The translations under genes were made by a program, and so were the position numbers. 64,000 nucleotides of DNA from a virus, in the IMG/VR virus record IMGVR_UViG_3300032046_000005, positions 32,001-96,000 of that record. One strand, written 5' to 3'. This document shows positions 1 to 10,073 of the stretch, in pieces (within the stretch, counting starts at the first letter, position 1; the number at the start of each line of letters is the position of its first letter). Below the pieces are notes generated by a model, which saw nothing but the letters and a program-made list of their open reading frames with translations, was not told the DNA's origin and did no database searches.

Positions 1-2
1 GA

Positions 3-317
3 AAAATTAAGATATGGAAAAGCATTCGTTTTGCTTTAGATGATCCAAAATTAATTCCTATTGTTGAAAAAAAATTCGTGTTGTTAAAAAATTTAGGATT
101 TTCAACATCAACTTTCTTTTTTTATGTATTAATTGGATATAATACAACAGAAAAAGAAGATTTTGAACGAGTTGAATTTTTAAAACAATACAAATGCTCT
201 ATTTTTATCATGCCATATAAAAAAACATTTTATACTCAAAAATTTGCTCGTTGGGTTAATAGAATGTTTTATAAGTATGAAACTTTTCAAGAATATTTAC
301 AAGGGAAAAGAACCTGA
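3..317 (+). CDS. C-terminal part of phage-type radical SAM-like protein (5' truncated by window edge)
   Basis: Frame is open from nt 3; RFALD...YVLIGY..TE.ED..RV..L...IMPY...FARWVN resembles the C-terminus of viral radical SAM-like proteins; the CxxxCxxC motif is not in the window. Confidence 0.5.
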   Translation, partial: KIKIWKSIRFALDDPKLIPIVEKKFVLLKNLGFSTSTFFFYVLIGYNTTEKEDFERVEFLKQYKCSIFIMPYKKTFYTQKFARWVNRMFYKYETFQEYLQGKRT

Positions 318-416
318 TTTTTAACTTGTTATATTTATTCATTTTAATATACATTTTAAAATGTTCTTGACTTAATAAAATAGTTTATTTTCTATGTTTT
401 CTATTGTTACATAGAG

Positions 417-785
417 ATGAGTTTTGTAGCAAAGAAAATTCAAAACGAGATCCAAACGAGCAATTTAACAAGCGAAATACTTGATATTTTGAATTGTTCA
501 AAAAATTTGTTTTTCTCAGCAAAAAGCGTTCGTTTTGAATATTTCAAGAGAAATGGAGTGTTGTTGAGAGGAAGATCGAATTCTTATAACAATATTTACA
601 ACGATCAACGATTACGAACGGTTTTGGGAGTTAAGATTGGGCATGTCACGCGAAAGTTGAATAGATTAGGATACATTGAACGCGTGAATCGAAACGTGTG
701 GAAAAAAATCAAGATAATCGATCAAAACGATGTAATGTTATATGGTCTAAAAGAACGAGATGATTTAAATGTCGCTTGTAATTAA
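417..785 (+). CDS. putative winged-HTH DNA-binding protein, paralogue of 42498..42866
   Basis: LG.KIGHVTRKLNRLGYIERVNRNVWK resembles LGKQLNHCFREFETNKYISKYSNRFWK. Confidence 0.5.
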   Translation: MSFVAKKIQNEIQTSNLTSEILDILNCSKNLFFSAKSVRFEYFKRNGVLLRGRSNSYNNIYNDQRLRTVLGVKIGHVTRKLNRLGYIERVNRNVWKKIKIIDQNDVMLYGLKERDDLNVACN

Positions 786-1122
786 CGATATGATCGAGAA
801 TAGTAAGGGGAGAAAAAAAGAAATCTTGCTTGAATTAAAGAAGTTGAACTTAGATGCTTGGGTATTCATGCGTTTGAATTGGCGACACTATAAAGAAAAA
901 TACAACGATCTTCAACAAACTGATATTTGGAAAGATGCTAGAAAATTACTTGTAGAATATTTCACATATGATAACATTTTCACATGTGGAAAATGTGGTA
1001 AAGTGATGGATTACCGATATTGTTCTCTTCATCATAAATTATATGTTGTCGAGGAGTGCTTTACTCCTGAACATGTAATGTTTGTTTGTTCAGGTTGTCA
1101 CGAAAAAATTCATAATAAATGA
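769..1122 (+). CDS. HNH endonuclease-like protein
   Basis: CGKCG...LHHKLY...VCSGCHEKIH. Confidence 0.7.
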   Translation: MSLVINDMIENSKGRKKEILLELKKLNLDAWVFMRLNWRHYKEKYNDLQQTDIWKDARKLLVEYFTYDNIFTCGKCGKVMDYRYCSLHHKLYVVEECFTPEHVMFVCSGCHEKIHNK

Positions 1123-1216
1123 TTTTTGTTTTTTACTTGAAAACATAAATTTATAAACGAATGAAAATATATATATATTAACAAAGTAGTAAAATAAATG
1201 GAGACGATATGACATT

Positions 1217-1501
1217 ATGACAAAAGTATATTTTATTGATGGAAAAAAACTTGATCTTGATTCTTCAGAATGGGAATTAATCTATTCTGATGGTCGATGG
1301 TCGAGTAGAGGAGTTAATCTTTACTTTCGAAAGAAGGATAACAAGTTCATCTTAGAAAATTGGACAAATTGGCAAGGAGAAAATAGTACGATTGAATTAC
1401 TTGATTCAAAAGGAGTACTTGAATTTTTAACGAATGAACCTCATCCTGCAAGAGCAAATGAAACTATTGAACAATTAGGACTTAAAATAGAAGAGTTTTA
1501 A
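1217..1501 (+). CDS. hypothetical viral protein
   Basis: ORF with GAGACGA RBS and upstream TATA; LYFRKKDNKFILENWTNWQGE. Confidence 0.6.
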   Translation: MTKVYFIDGKKLDLDSSEWELIYSDGRWSSRGVNLYFRKKDNKFILENWTNWQGENSTIELLDSKGVLEFLTNEPHPARANETIEQLGLKIEEF

Positions 1502-1558
1502 ATCTTAACTTATTTTTTTTCTTTTTTTCTTATAAACTAACTTATTTTTTACCAAACA

Positions 1559-1571
1559 AAACATTTAAATA
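1559..1571 (+). promoter_or_regulatory. archaeal BRE-TATA promoter AAACATTTAAATA (exact copies also at 7242, 55315 minus strand, 58056, 63233)
   Basis: Identical 13-mer recurs in intergenic regions upstream of accessory/early genes. Confidence 0.7.
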
Positions 1572-1634
1572 TTATAATACTTTTCATATTATTAACAATA
1601 TTAATATTATTTAAAATATGAAATGAGGTAAAAA

Positions 1635-1778
1635 ATGATAAAACATATTTTAGTAAAGGAAAATATCCATAGAGTAATAAAAGCAGCAGCAGGGAAGTAT
1701 GATTGCACGCTTGGAAAAGTTATAGAGAAATTAATCAATAAAGAAATTGACTTATCAAGTGAGATGAAAAATGCCTGA
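1635..1778 (+). CDS. small ribbon-helix-helix protein (47 aa, below ORF-track cutoff)
   Basis: MIKHILVKENIHRVIKAAAGKYDCTLGKVIEKLI; GAGGTA RBS; overlaps the next start. Confidence 0.6.
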   Translation: MIKHILVKENIHRVIKAAAGKYDCTLGKVIEKLINKEIDLSSEMKNA

Positions 1779-2337
1779 AAAAAAATGGACAGATAACATA
1801 AATTCTAATGTTGCAAAGGAAATTGATGAATATGTAAGAGGTAAATATGAACTTACAGACGATGAAATTAATACTACAATGCCTAAAGTTGTGGAATTTT
1901 ATAACAAGCATCCAGATGATAAAGATGTATATAGAGATTCAAACGGATGCATTTTGTTGATTCAGACGCCAAAGGTTATTGTAAACGATAAAAATGATGT
2001 AGTGAACAAGTTAATGCCTTTTGATTCCGAATATTCGAAAGACCAGAATTTTTTGCTTAAGGATTGCAAGTTTAGAATTAATGGAGATACGAAAACGATT
2101 GGTTTGTTTGCAACAAAAGAAAAATGGACGCTTATTGAAGGAATTTACGATAAAACTGCATTTATAAAAGTTCCTACATTGACAATGCGATATAAAAAGC
2201 TTGGAGAAAAAGACGATAAAATCAAACCAATGGCATTGAGTAAATTCTTGCAACATTACAAGATAAAATCGCTTGATGAGATTCCAAACGAGTGGTTTGT
2301 TTACTATTCTGCTAACATTACTCAGGTGATAAAGTAA
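1771..2337 (+). CDS. hypothetical protein, possibly SSB/OB-fold
   Basis: Position in recombination operon and beta-rich C-terminal half; function inferred from context only. Confidence 0.4.
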   Translation: MPEKKWTDNINSNVAKEIDEYVRGKYELTDDEINTTMPKVVEFYNKHPDDKDVYRDSNGCILLIQTPKVIVNDKNDVVNKLMPFDSEYSKDQNFLLKDCKFRINGDTKTIGLFATKEKWTLIEGIYDKTAFIKVPTLTMRYKKLGEKDDKIKPMALSKFLQHYKIKSLDEIPNEWFVYYSANITQVIK

Positions 2338-2339
2338 AA

Positions 2340-2846
2340 ATGTCTAAATGGGAAAAAGGATTGACTATCAAGATTGATGACATGTTTGGAGGTTCTAAAG
2401 AAGATAAGAAAGAAGAACCGAAAAAAGAACCTGAGAAATCAGAAAAAGCATCAGATGAAGACATAGAATTGGTAAGATTGGGAATAGTTCCTGAAATAAT
2501 GGATGCGTTTAGAAAAAAATACAATAGAAATGTTTTTTATACTGGAAAACTCACGAAAGGAGCTTTCGAATGGTATTTATTGAATGCAAAAAAAACTGAT
2601 TTGAAATCAATTGAAAGAGAAAAAATACCTTCTGAATTCAAGACATTATTAGAAAAAACATTAGGAGAAGAAAATGCTTACTTGTTAAAACAGATTGAAG
2701 ACGAAAAAGCATATGGTAAAAAGATGCGAGAAGCGTTGATTTGGCTTTATGAATTTATGAGCGACGAGATGAAATGTGGTCTTTCTAATGCTATAACTGA
2801 AGATGATATAAAAAAAGTAACTATAATTAAAGAGATGATTGATTAA
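2340..2846 (+). CDS. hypothetical protein
   Basis: Tightly packed ORF in + strand operon. Confidence 0.6.
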   Translation: MSKWEKGLTIKIDDMFGGSKEDKKEEPKKEPEKSEKASDEDIELVRLGIVPEIMDAFRKKYNRNVFYTGKLTKGAFEWYLLNAKKTDLKSIEREKIPSEFKTLLEKTLGEENAYLLKQIEDEKAYGKKMREALIWLYEFMSDEMKCGLSNAITEDDIKKVTIIKEMID

Positions 2847-4180
2847 TGGGAGATTTGTTAGAAAGAATGAAACAAAAAGAACAACCAAAAAAAACATCTA
2901 AAGAAATCATTGAAGAACAAATGAAAGTAATGACTATTCCTATTGATGTAAAAGCATTTAATGAAAGAGCTATGAACAAACCAATTTTAGATCCTTTTGC
3001 AAAAGCAAAACAAACTAAACCAACAATTGAAGAAAAAAAAGAACTTAAAGATCGAATTACACTTGCTAATTCAGATGGAATAGATGCAATTCATGTATTT
3101 GAAGGAAAAGAAATATTTATTCGTTATCTTCCTCACAATACTTGCATGGTTTGTAATAAAAACGAAAGATTTGTATGTGGAGAATCAGCAGGATGTCCTG
3201 TATGTGATAAACTTATGACTGAACAAGAATATCAAGAGTTTGAAAAAAAAATTCAATCTGAAAAACCTAAAATGTTAAATGTTTTTGCTGAAAGTAAAAA
3301 AAAAGAAGAAAAGATCGAACAAAAAGATGTTTTTGTTGAGAAAAAAACTATTCTACCACAGCAAACAAGCACATTTGATTTCAAGACACATCCCATCATT
3401 GCATTATTATGGGGATACGATGGAACAAGTAAATCGGAACAAATCATAAAATTTGAACCTAGAAAAGACACGTTGATATTTGATTTGGAAGATAAACTAA
3501 GACCTCAAGCATCAAAATTAAAATTTCCTCAAGAGAATATTATTAATGCTCGAAAATACAACGAAAAATACAACATTAATGGACCAGATACTTTAGATGC
3601 AATTAGAAAAATCATAGATGAAGTTAAGGAATGTAAAAGAACAGATTCTGGAAGATTTAAAAACATAAAATCAGTAGCAATTGATGGAATTTCAGACATT
3701 AGACCTTATGCTGAACTTGAATGGCTTGAAGAACATCCAGAAAGAAAAAGACCAATGAATGCAGGAGATTGGGGAGAAATCAATGATAAGGTTAGGGATA
3801 TTTGTTTTTCGATGATTAACATGGGAATTGTAACAAACACGAACATATTTTTCACGGCACAAATTGGTTATGATTACAACGAGAAAAAAGAAATTCCAGA
3901 ATGTAAACCGTGGATATGGCATAACATACAACACAAGTTCAAGTTTCGAAGAGATGATGATAATCATCGATTTTATGCGTATTGCGAAAAGAGTTATTAC
4001 GATCCTTTTTTTGATATTGATTTAACCGATTTTTCGAGTGAAAGAAACGAAAAACCCTCGCTTTTGAACATGTTGCAAGATCCTGAGTTGCTAGAAAAGC
4101 ATAAACAAAAATCAGTTGAAAGTTTGAAGGAAATCAGTAAAAAAAAACTTGATAATGTGTTTGGAACTCTAAACAAATAA
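2846..4180 (+). CDS. AAA_24/Sak4-like (RecA-fold) recombinase ATPase with N-terminal Zn ribbon
   Basis: Walker A-like LLWGYDGTSKS, LIFDLE, Walker B VAIDGISD, DWGEIN, FFTAQ; CMVC..CPVC. Confidence 0.7.
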   Translation: MGDLLERMKQKEQPKKTSKEIIEEQMKVMTIPIDVKAFNERAMNKPILDPFAKAKQTKPTIEEKKELKDRITLANSDGIDAIHVFEGKEIFIRYLPHNTCMVCNKNERFVCGESAGCPVCDKLMTEQEYQEFEKKIQSEKPKMLNVFAESKKKEEKIEQKDVFVEKKTILPQQTSTFDFKTHPIIALLWGYDGTSKSEQIIKFEPRKDTLIFDLEDKLRPQASKLKFPQENIINARKYNEKYNINGPDTLDAIRKIIDEVKECKRTDSGRFKNIKSVAIDGISDIRPYAELEWLEEHPERKRPMNAGDWGEINDKVRDICFSMINMGIVTNTNIFFTAQIGYDYNEKKEIPECKPWIWHNIQHKFKFRRDDDNHRFYAYCEKSYYDPFFDIDLTDFSSERNEKPSLLNMLQDPELLEKHKQKSVESLKEISKKKLDNVFGTLNK

Positions 4181-4222
4181 ATGTTTTTTTTAATTTTTTT
4201 AATTTTTAATAAGGTAAAAAAT

Positions 4223-4402
4223 ATGAAAATATATATAGAAATGAAAAACAATTGTTATGTTTTTACGATTTATAATGATAATTATTATAAAGAAATTTAT
4301 AATTTTATATTAACTGAAGAAGAATTCATAGATTTTTATGTTCAAATTGAAAAAATCCAAGATTTAAGAATTAATAAAATGATAGAGAAATCGAAAATAT
4401 GA
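4223..4402 (+). CDS. hypothetical protein
   Basis: ATG after AAGGTA RBS; overlaps the next gene. Confidence 0.45.
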   Translation: MKIYIEMKNNCYVFTIYNDNYYKEIYNFILTEEEFIDFYVQIEKIQDLRINKMIEKSKI

Positions 4403-5328
4403 TTGAAATACAAATACCTAAGAATTTTGATGTGAATGCTTTTGAATGCCTTCATGAAGGATATGAAGCAGATCTTAAGAAAGGAAACAACATCATTGGA
4501 GCTTCTGAAATTCCATATGGTATGAAAAAGATCGTGATAAAGAAATTGAAAAGTATTGATGATGATACTAATTTTGACAATGAAGGAAACGCAAAAATGT
4601 TGGCAGGAAAGATGTTTGAAGATGCCGTTTGTAAACCTAATGTTTTGGCTAATTTGATTGGAAAAATTAATCAACAATTGAACATCAATCCCAAAAGTAT
4701 GGGAATAGGTTTGAAAGTATCAAAATTAGTAGAAATAGAACCTGGATATTTTTTCAGAATAAGTCCAGATATTCTTACTAATTATTATATTATTGAAATA
4801 AAGACAACGGGAATTTATGCAAGGGAATGGATAAAAGAATTAGCATCACATCAAGTGGCACAGTTGAATGCTCAATTGGGAGTTTTCAACATTGATTTAG
4901 GATTCATATTGAAGGTTAATACTCGTTGGGAACAAGCAAACATAAAAGAAACAGACGATTATTGGAAAAAATTATGGGATTCTTACGGATACTTGATTCC
5001 TTGGAGATTTAATAAAGAACTTTACGATAAAATGATTGAACGATTGATAATTGTAATTGATCACATAAAAGAGAAAAGATGGGATGATGTGCCTTGTCCT
5101 GAATTTCCTTGGGAATGTTATTATTGTAATGAAAACATACGAAAGATATGTGGTAAGGAAGAATATCAATGTTCTGCTCCAAAATGTTATAGGAAAATGT
5201 ATGAATATCCTCGCGAATTAGCTAGAACATTTATCGATTTTCCTCAATGTGAAAACTGTTTCGTGAAAGCTAATCCACATTCAAAATATGCAAAATATAA
5301 ATATTTGAATTACAAGGATAATGAATAA
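4399..5328 (+). CDS. Cas4-like PD-(D/E)XK exonuclease
   Basis: SPDILTNYYIIEIKT, QxxQL motif, C-terminal ECYYC...C; adjacent to Sak4-like ATPase. Confidence 0.75.
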   Translation: MIEIQIPKNFDVNAFECLHEGYEADLKKGNNIIGASEIPYGMKKIVIKKLKSIDDDTNFDNEGNAKMLAGKMFEDAVCKPNVLANLIGKINQQLNINPKSMGIGLKVSKLVEIEPGYFFRISPDILTNYYIIEIKTTGIYAREWIKELASHQVAQLNAQLGVFNIDLGFILKVNTRWEQANIKETDDYWKKLWDSYGYLIPWRFNKELYDKMIERLIIVIDHIKEKRWDDVPCPEFPWECYYCNENIRKICGKEEYQCSAPKCYRKMYEYPRELARTFIDFPQCENCFVKANPHSKYAKYKYLNYKDNE

Positions 5329-5983
5329 ACACATGAACGCAAACAATAAAAATTGTGTTAATATATCAATTTCTACTCAACCAGATATAATTGATCGGAT
5401 TAATAAATATACAACATATAAAACAAACAACAAATATGCAACAGGAGCAAGCGTGCATTTACCAAGATTTCAAACGAATTATTATTCTGATGTTCCTAAA
5501 GGAGATAAATCGGTTGTTTTTACTAGAATAATAGATAAATATCTTAAAAAATTAGAAAAAAAAGATTTCGAAAAATTGTTTTTATCTAGAAGTGAATTGA
5601 TACGAATGGCAATTACGGACGATATGTTACAACCAATGAGAAAACAAGCATTAACGGAATATTTTAAAGAACAAACATCAAATGAATGTTTATTAAAAAA
5701 ATTTCTTGAATTGTTTCCTTTCCCAATAAGAAAAAGAAAAATGAATTATAACAAACACGTGATATTAGGCAATAGATATCATCCTAATGGTTTGTGGAAA
5801 AAAAATCACGATAAACACGATTTAGAAAAGTTTCAAAGGTTTTGCATAATTCGAGACAAGTTAAAAGATCGAGTTTCTGAAACGGTTTTAAGAAACGATT
5901 TTGAAAAGTTTAACAAACTTTATCAAGACGGAAAAATAGACGATTTAAAACTTTACGATCAACAAAATGAGACGATTAAATAA
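5321..5983 (+). CDS. RHH/CopG-containing regulator
   Basis: SRSELIRMAI motif; N-terminal NISIST beta strand. Confidence 0.5.
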   Translation: MNKHMNANNKNCVNISISTQPDIIDRINKYTTYKTNNKYATGASVHLPRFQTNYYSDVPKGDKSVVFTRIIDKYLKKLEKKDFEKLFLSRSELIRMAITDDMLQPMRKQALTEYFKEQTSNECLLKKFLELFPFPIRKRKMNYNKHVILGNRYHPNGLWKKNHDKHDLEKFQRFCIIRDKLKDRVSETVLRNDFEKFNKLYQDGKIDDLKLYDQQNETIK

Positions 5984-6235
5984 ATGATAGATGAAAAAAA
6001 GAATTACATGAAAGTAATAAAAAAAGAAGGCAATATAATCGTATTTGAACACGATTTAACTGAAAAATATGACATGTTTATTGAATTAGGATATGCGTTT
6101 GTAGAAAACACGAATTTAGATGATAAACATTCTTTTGACTTGATTTGTAATGGAGGAACATATTGTTCGCCTGGATATAACTTTCCAATACCAGATGCTA
6201 AAAAATTAAAGATTACAATAGAAGTTTTGAAATGA
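5984..6235 (+). CDS. hypothetical protein
   Basis: Operon ORF with RBS. Confidence 0.5.
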   Translation: MIDEKKNYMKVIKKEGNIIVFEHDLTEKYDMFIELGYAFVENTNLDDKHSFDLICNGGTYCSPGYNFPIPDAKKLKITIEVLK

Positions 6236-6468
6236 TAAATAATATTAGAAAGAAGATGAGTAAAATGAACGATTATGAATTTACCATGTCATTTAGAATA
6301 AAATGGACTCCTTTCAAAAGATGTGACGAATGTTATAAAAGAAAAATTACGAGTTCTTTATACGAAATTCACGACAATGGATTGAATGCTCATATTGATG
6401 CATTTGTTTGTTTAAAATGCACAAGAGAAGCAAAAAAAAGAGCAAAAAGTGAAAATGAAGATGATTAA
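6232..6468 (+). CDS. small Zn-finger protein
   Basis: CDEC...CLKC. Confidence 0.5.
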   Translation: MINNIRKKMSKMNDYEFTMSFRIKWTPFKRCDECYKRKITSSLYEIHDNGLNAHIDAFVCLKCTREAKKRAKSENEDD

Positions 6469-6787
6469 AATGGAATTAAGAAAAATAAAAATCATAACTC
6501 TATGCGGATCTTCTCGATTTGAAGATGATTTTCATAGAATAAATTCAGAATTAACGCTTGAAGGAAACATTGTATTATCGCTAGGAGTGTGGAGACATCA
6601 ATATAAAAGAGAATTGTTTAAAGAAGAAACGGATTTGTTAGATTTATTGCATTACATGAGAATAGACATGTCGGATGCTATTTATGTGGTGAATAAAGAT
6701 GGATATATGGGAGAATCAACAAAGAAAGAAATAATGTATGCTAAAATGAAAGGAAAAGAAGTATATTATATGGAGGAAATTGTATAA
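6449..6787 (+). CDS. nucleoside 2-deoxyribosyltransferase-like (DUF4406-type) Rossmannoid protein
   Basis: IITLCGSSRF...RIDMSDAIYVVN.DGYMGEST..EI.YA. Confidence 0.65.
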   Translation: MKMKMIKMELRKIKIITLCGSSRFEDDFHRINSELTLEGNIVLSLGVWRHQYKRELFKEETDLLDLLHYMRIDMSDAIYVVNKDGYMGESTKKEIMYAKMKGKEVYYMEEIV

Positions 6788-7187
6788 TATGGAAGATTTA
6801 AGATTTTACATTATAGTAAGAACTGATGTTGCATTTAGTATTGGAAAACTACTAGTTCACGTAGGACATTTATGCAGTAAATTAGCAAGTGATTTTTTGT
6901 TTGAATTAGAAAAAGACGATGAAACATATTTGGATCTTCTCAAACGATATACAACATGGTATGGAAATGGAACAACTCAAACCAAGATTGTTTTGAAAGA
7001 ATATGGACTTGAAGATGTAATGTATTACTACGAAAAAGCAAAGCAAAAGAAATTTCCTGCATATTGCATAGAAGATGCTGGATTCTACGAAGTTGAAAAA
7101 GGAACAGTTTTAATGGTTGGAATTGGTCCCATTTCGAAAGAAGAAGCAAAAGAAATTGGATTAGATACGTTGAAACTTTACAAATAA
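6780..7187 (+). CDS. pth2: peptidyl-tRNA hydrolase, archaeal/eukaryotic PTH2 type
   Basis: IIVRTD..SIGKL..HVGH, QTKIVLK, IEDAG.YEV..GT..VGIGP, C-terminal LKLY. Confidence 0.9.
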   Translation: MYNMEDLRFYIIVRTDVAFSIGKLLVHVGHLCSKLASDFLFELEKDDETYLDLLKRYTTWYGNGTTQTKIVLKEYGLEDVMYYYEKAKQKKFPAYCIEDAGFYEVEKGTVLMVGIGPISKEEAKEIGLDTLKLYK

Positions 7188-7288
7188 TTTTTTCAGTTTT
7201 TTCTTTTTTTTTTTAACATTTTAAACTTTTTATAGAAATACAAACATTTAAATATTCACATTCATATATATTTCTTAGTGATTTTGAT

Positions 7289-7543
7289 ATGAATTCTAAA
7301 ATGAATACTTATTTGAATGTTATTGTCGAAGAATTATTGTTTGCAGAAGTTCACGATGATAACGAAAATTTGAAATGGCTTCGATGTGAACTTACCATTC
7401 AATTGCAACCAATACTTATTAATAACATGTTTGAAAATGCTCTTCGAATGGTTAATAGTGATATATTTAAGATGAAAATGAAAGAAGATTTACAAAAAAT
7501 AAGAGAAGAATTAAATAAAGAGAAAAAGAAAAATGTTAAATGA
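7289..7543 (+). CDS. hypothetical protein
   Basis: First ORF after the TATA box at 7242. Confidence 0.5.
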   Translation: MNSKMNTYLNVIVEELLFAEVHDDNENLKWLRCELTIQLQPILINNMFENALRMVNSDIFKMKMKEDLQKIREELNKEKKKNVK

Positions 7544-7799
7544 ACCAAAAAAAATATCGTGTTGTAAGAAATGTGGAAAACCTTTAACTCGTTTAGAATC
7601 GATTGAACGAGGTATGGGTCCAATATGTTTTGGAGAAAATTACAAGAAATCAACTATTAAACGCGAAAAAAAGACATCTTCAAAAAGTAAGAGAAATATA
7701 CGAAGAAAAAAAACTATTGAAAAAAACGATAAAAAACAATTGAATTTAGACATTTTTTTATTTGATGATGAAATAAACAAAAAAAGAAGTGAAACATGA
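7533..7799 (+). CDS. DUF6011-like Zn-finger protein
   Basis: CKKCGKPLT..ESIERGMGPIC. Confidence 0.7.
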   Translation: MLNEPKKISCCKKCGKPLTRLESIERGMGPICFGENYKKSTIKREKKTSSKSKRNIRRKKTIEKNDKKQLNLDIFLFDDEINKKRSET

Positions 7800-7987
7800 A
7801 AATGGTTGGTAATCAAAATTCAGGAAGAAGATCGATCTTCAATAATCCAATTGATGTTCGATTTCAAATGGAAAAAGAAGATGTTGACAAGTTAAATGCA
7901 ATAGCAGAGAAATACACTAAAAACAATCGTTCTGAATTGATAATGAAAACATTAAAGAAGATGATTGATAAATATGAGTCTAGATAA
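7796..7987 (+). CDS. ribbon-helix-helix regulator
   Basis: VRFQM...KLNAIA...NRSELI. Confidence 0.65.
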   Translation: MKMVGNQNSGRRSIFNNPIDVRFQMEKEDVDKLNAIAEKYTKNNRSELIMKTLKKMIDKYESR

Positions 7988-8270
7988 TTTTTTGAACGAT
8001 GTTTTTGGTAATACGAGTGAAAATGGACGAAATAAACAAAAAATTGAGAAAACAAAACAACAATATAAAAAACAAGTATCAAAATCAATAAGAATATCAG
8101 AAAGCGATTGCAACGATCTTATTATAGCATTAAATTACGCTATTAATTCGATTAAAAATAAAGATGATGTTAAGAAATGTGTTATAAATTCAACAAGATA
8201 TGAATTTTTTCTCCGATGGACAAAGATTCGAGAAAAATTTAAAAAAATAAAAGAAAATAAAAAAAATTAA
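7965..8270 (+). CDS. hypothetical protein
   Basis: Last ORF of + strand operon, converges on late genes. Confidence 0.5.
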   Translation: MINMSLDNFLNDVFGNTSENGRNKQKIEKTKQQYKKQVSKSIRISESDCNDLIIALNYAINSIKNKDDVKKCVINSTRYEFFLRWTKIREKFKKIKENKKN

Positions 8271-8509
8271 TTTATAATTGTAGATTCTTTCTTTGCTTTT
8301 GCTTCTTTTAATATTGAAACAGCTTCTCCATTTCTTCGTAATGCGGTTAACATTGTTGCTATAGAAACAAACATGTATGGAGTTATAATCCAATTATTTG
8401 CCGACCACATTGCTAAAAATTCAAACAATGCAATTAGAAACGAAAATAATAATGTTCCATAACTGATTTCAACATTTGCATCAATTTTGATTTTTTTTGA
8501 TAAATCCAT
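8267..8509 (-). CDS. small two-TM membrane protein (holin-like candidate)
   Basis: Two hydrophobic helices, basic C-tail, at end of morphogenesis module. Confidence 0.5.
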   Translation of the reverse strand: MDLSKKIKIDANVEISYGTLLFSFLIALFEFLAMWSANNWIITPYMFVSIATMLTALRRNGEAVSILKEAKAKKESTIIN

Positions 8510-8568
8510 TTTTCATCTTTTTCGTGCGATTTTATATTAATTGTATATTTTTTTGACTATTATTCTTA

Positions 8569-8910
8569 TTATTTCTTTTTAAGCAATTCAAGTTCTTTTT
8601 CTAGTTTTATGATAGTATCGTTTGATTCTAGTATTCGATTGAACAAATATGCAACAATTGCCATTATATAAAGCGACAACATTACATATCCAATAGTAGA
8701 TGCAACAAGCAAAAAATCTCTTACAACATAAAATATTGAACTTTCACCCACGCCACGAGCCATGTAAAGAGTAATGACATAAAGCATTAATTCTATTGAT
8801 ATATACATCATTGCTAGAGCTAATAATTGAAAATTCTTTTTACTACTTAGTTTATACCAAGTTTTATGCTTTTTTTCTTTTTTTGTTGTTTCTTCTTTTT
8901 TTTCGCTCAT
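8569..8910 (-). CDS. two-TM membrane protein (lysis candidate)
   Basis: Two hydrophobic segments plus C-terminal coiled coil. Confidence 0.5.
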   Translation of the reverse strand: MSEKKEETTKKEKKHKTWYKLSSKKNFQLLALAMMYISIELMLYVITLYMARGVGESSIFYVVRDFLLVASTIGYVMLSLYIMAIVAYLFNRILESNDTIIKLEKELELLKKK

Positions 8911-8918
8911 TTATTTCA

Positions 8919-9806
8919 CTAAATGTTTTTTACACTATTCATTGCTTTGATTTCTCCATTAATCTTTGCTTTTTCAGTTGTTAAGACGTTGATTTGAGTT
9001 TCTACTGTTTTTGAAAGATCTTTCAAGTTGTTTTTATGAATTTGTTCTTCTGTAAATGTAGATCCTGAAGGAGCTATTTTTATTACATTGTTATTATTAC
9101 ATTTAGTTAAGTCTAATTCGTAATAGACATGAACTCCTTCAATGATGAACATTTGCAAGAGATCAAGTTGTGCTTGAATTTCAGCTTCTGTATTAGGAAC
9201 TAAACATTTAAATACAGCCATCAAGAATTTAATGATTCCAATCATTTGAGAACTTAAAATAACCATTATTACAGCTATGCCAGAAATAACGATTGCATCG
9301 ACATACCAAACAAAAAACCATCCTTCGTTTATTGCTAATATGTTATATACAAAATATCCCCATATGATGAGAATCTGATATACTGTGAGATGTCCATTTG
9401 GTAATTTCTTTAATAAATCCCATAACCGATCCATTTTTGTTTTTAATGTTTCTTTACCATCAACAATCTTGTTGAAAAGATCTACTATACTTACCCATTT
9501 TGATACGGCATCGTTTAGAATTTGTCGTATGAGAGTTTGTTTTGATATGGTTGGAATTGTTGGATTTGTTAGAATATCATAAGTTCGTGTGACAACTGGT
9601 TCTAAATCTCTTAGATCTTCAGCCAATAAACATATTATCGTATAAAGAGTACAAGCAGCAGATATTTTTAACATTATCGATGGATCTAAGTTTAACATCG
9701 TTGATATTGTAATAAGAATCGCAATGTTTGTTGCTAATGTGGTTAAAGCTCCGGAAAAACCAATTTCTCTTTGTTGAATTTTTACTAAACTGTTTTTTAT
9801 AGTCAT
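8919..9806 (-). CDS. four-TM membrane protein with apparent internal duplication
   Basis: Two TM-hairpin plus soluble-helix units, C-terminal coiled coil. Confidence 0.55.
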   Translation of the reverse strand: MTIKNSLVKIQQREIGFSGALTTLATNIAILITISTMLNLDPSIMLKISAACTLYTIICLLAEDLRDLEPVVTRTYDILTNPTIPTISKQTLIRQILNDAVSKWVSIVDLFNKIVDGKETLKTKMDRLWDLLKKLPNGHLTVYQILIIWGYFVYNILAINEGWFFVWYVDAIVISGIAVIMVILSSQMIGIIKFLMAVFKCLVPNTEAEIQAQLDLLQMFIIEGVHVYYELDLTKCNNNNVIKIAPSGSTFTEEQIHKNNLKDLSKTVETQINVLTTEKAKINGEIKAMNSVKNI

Positions 9807-10073
9807 GAATATTCACGTGTGTTTGTAATGTATATAAATATTTTTTTTGTACTATTTCTTTTATTATTTTTTTTGAAAACATTATGATTTTTTCTTTTAA
9901 ATTAACATTATTTTTTGATAACAACTCTTTCAATTTATTTTTAACAACGAGTCTATAAGATGGACCTCTCGCGGCTTTTACTCTAACTTTATTTTCAAAT
10001 ACTCCTCTATTTTTGTTGTTTTTAACTCAATCTTTAAATAATTGCTTGTGTATATATTATTTGACAATCTTAT

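Noticed and set aside
4399-5328. CRISPR-Cas locus
   Set aside because: Stand-alone Cas4-like gene; no cas1/cas2 and no repeat-spacer array seen anywhere in the window
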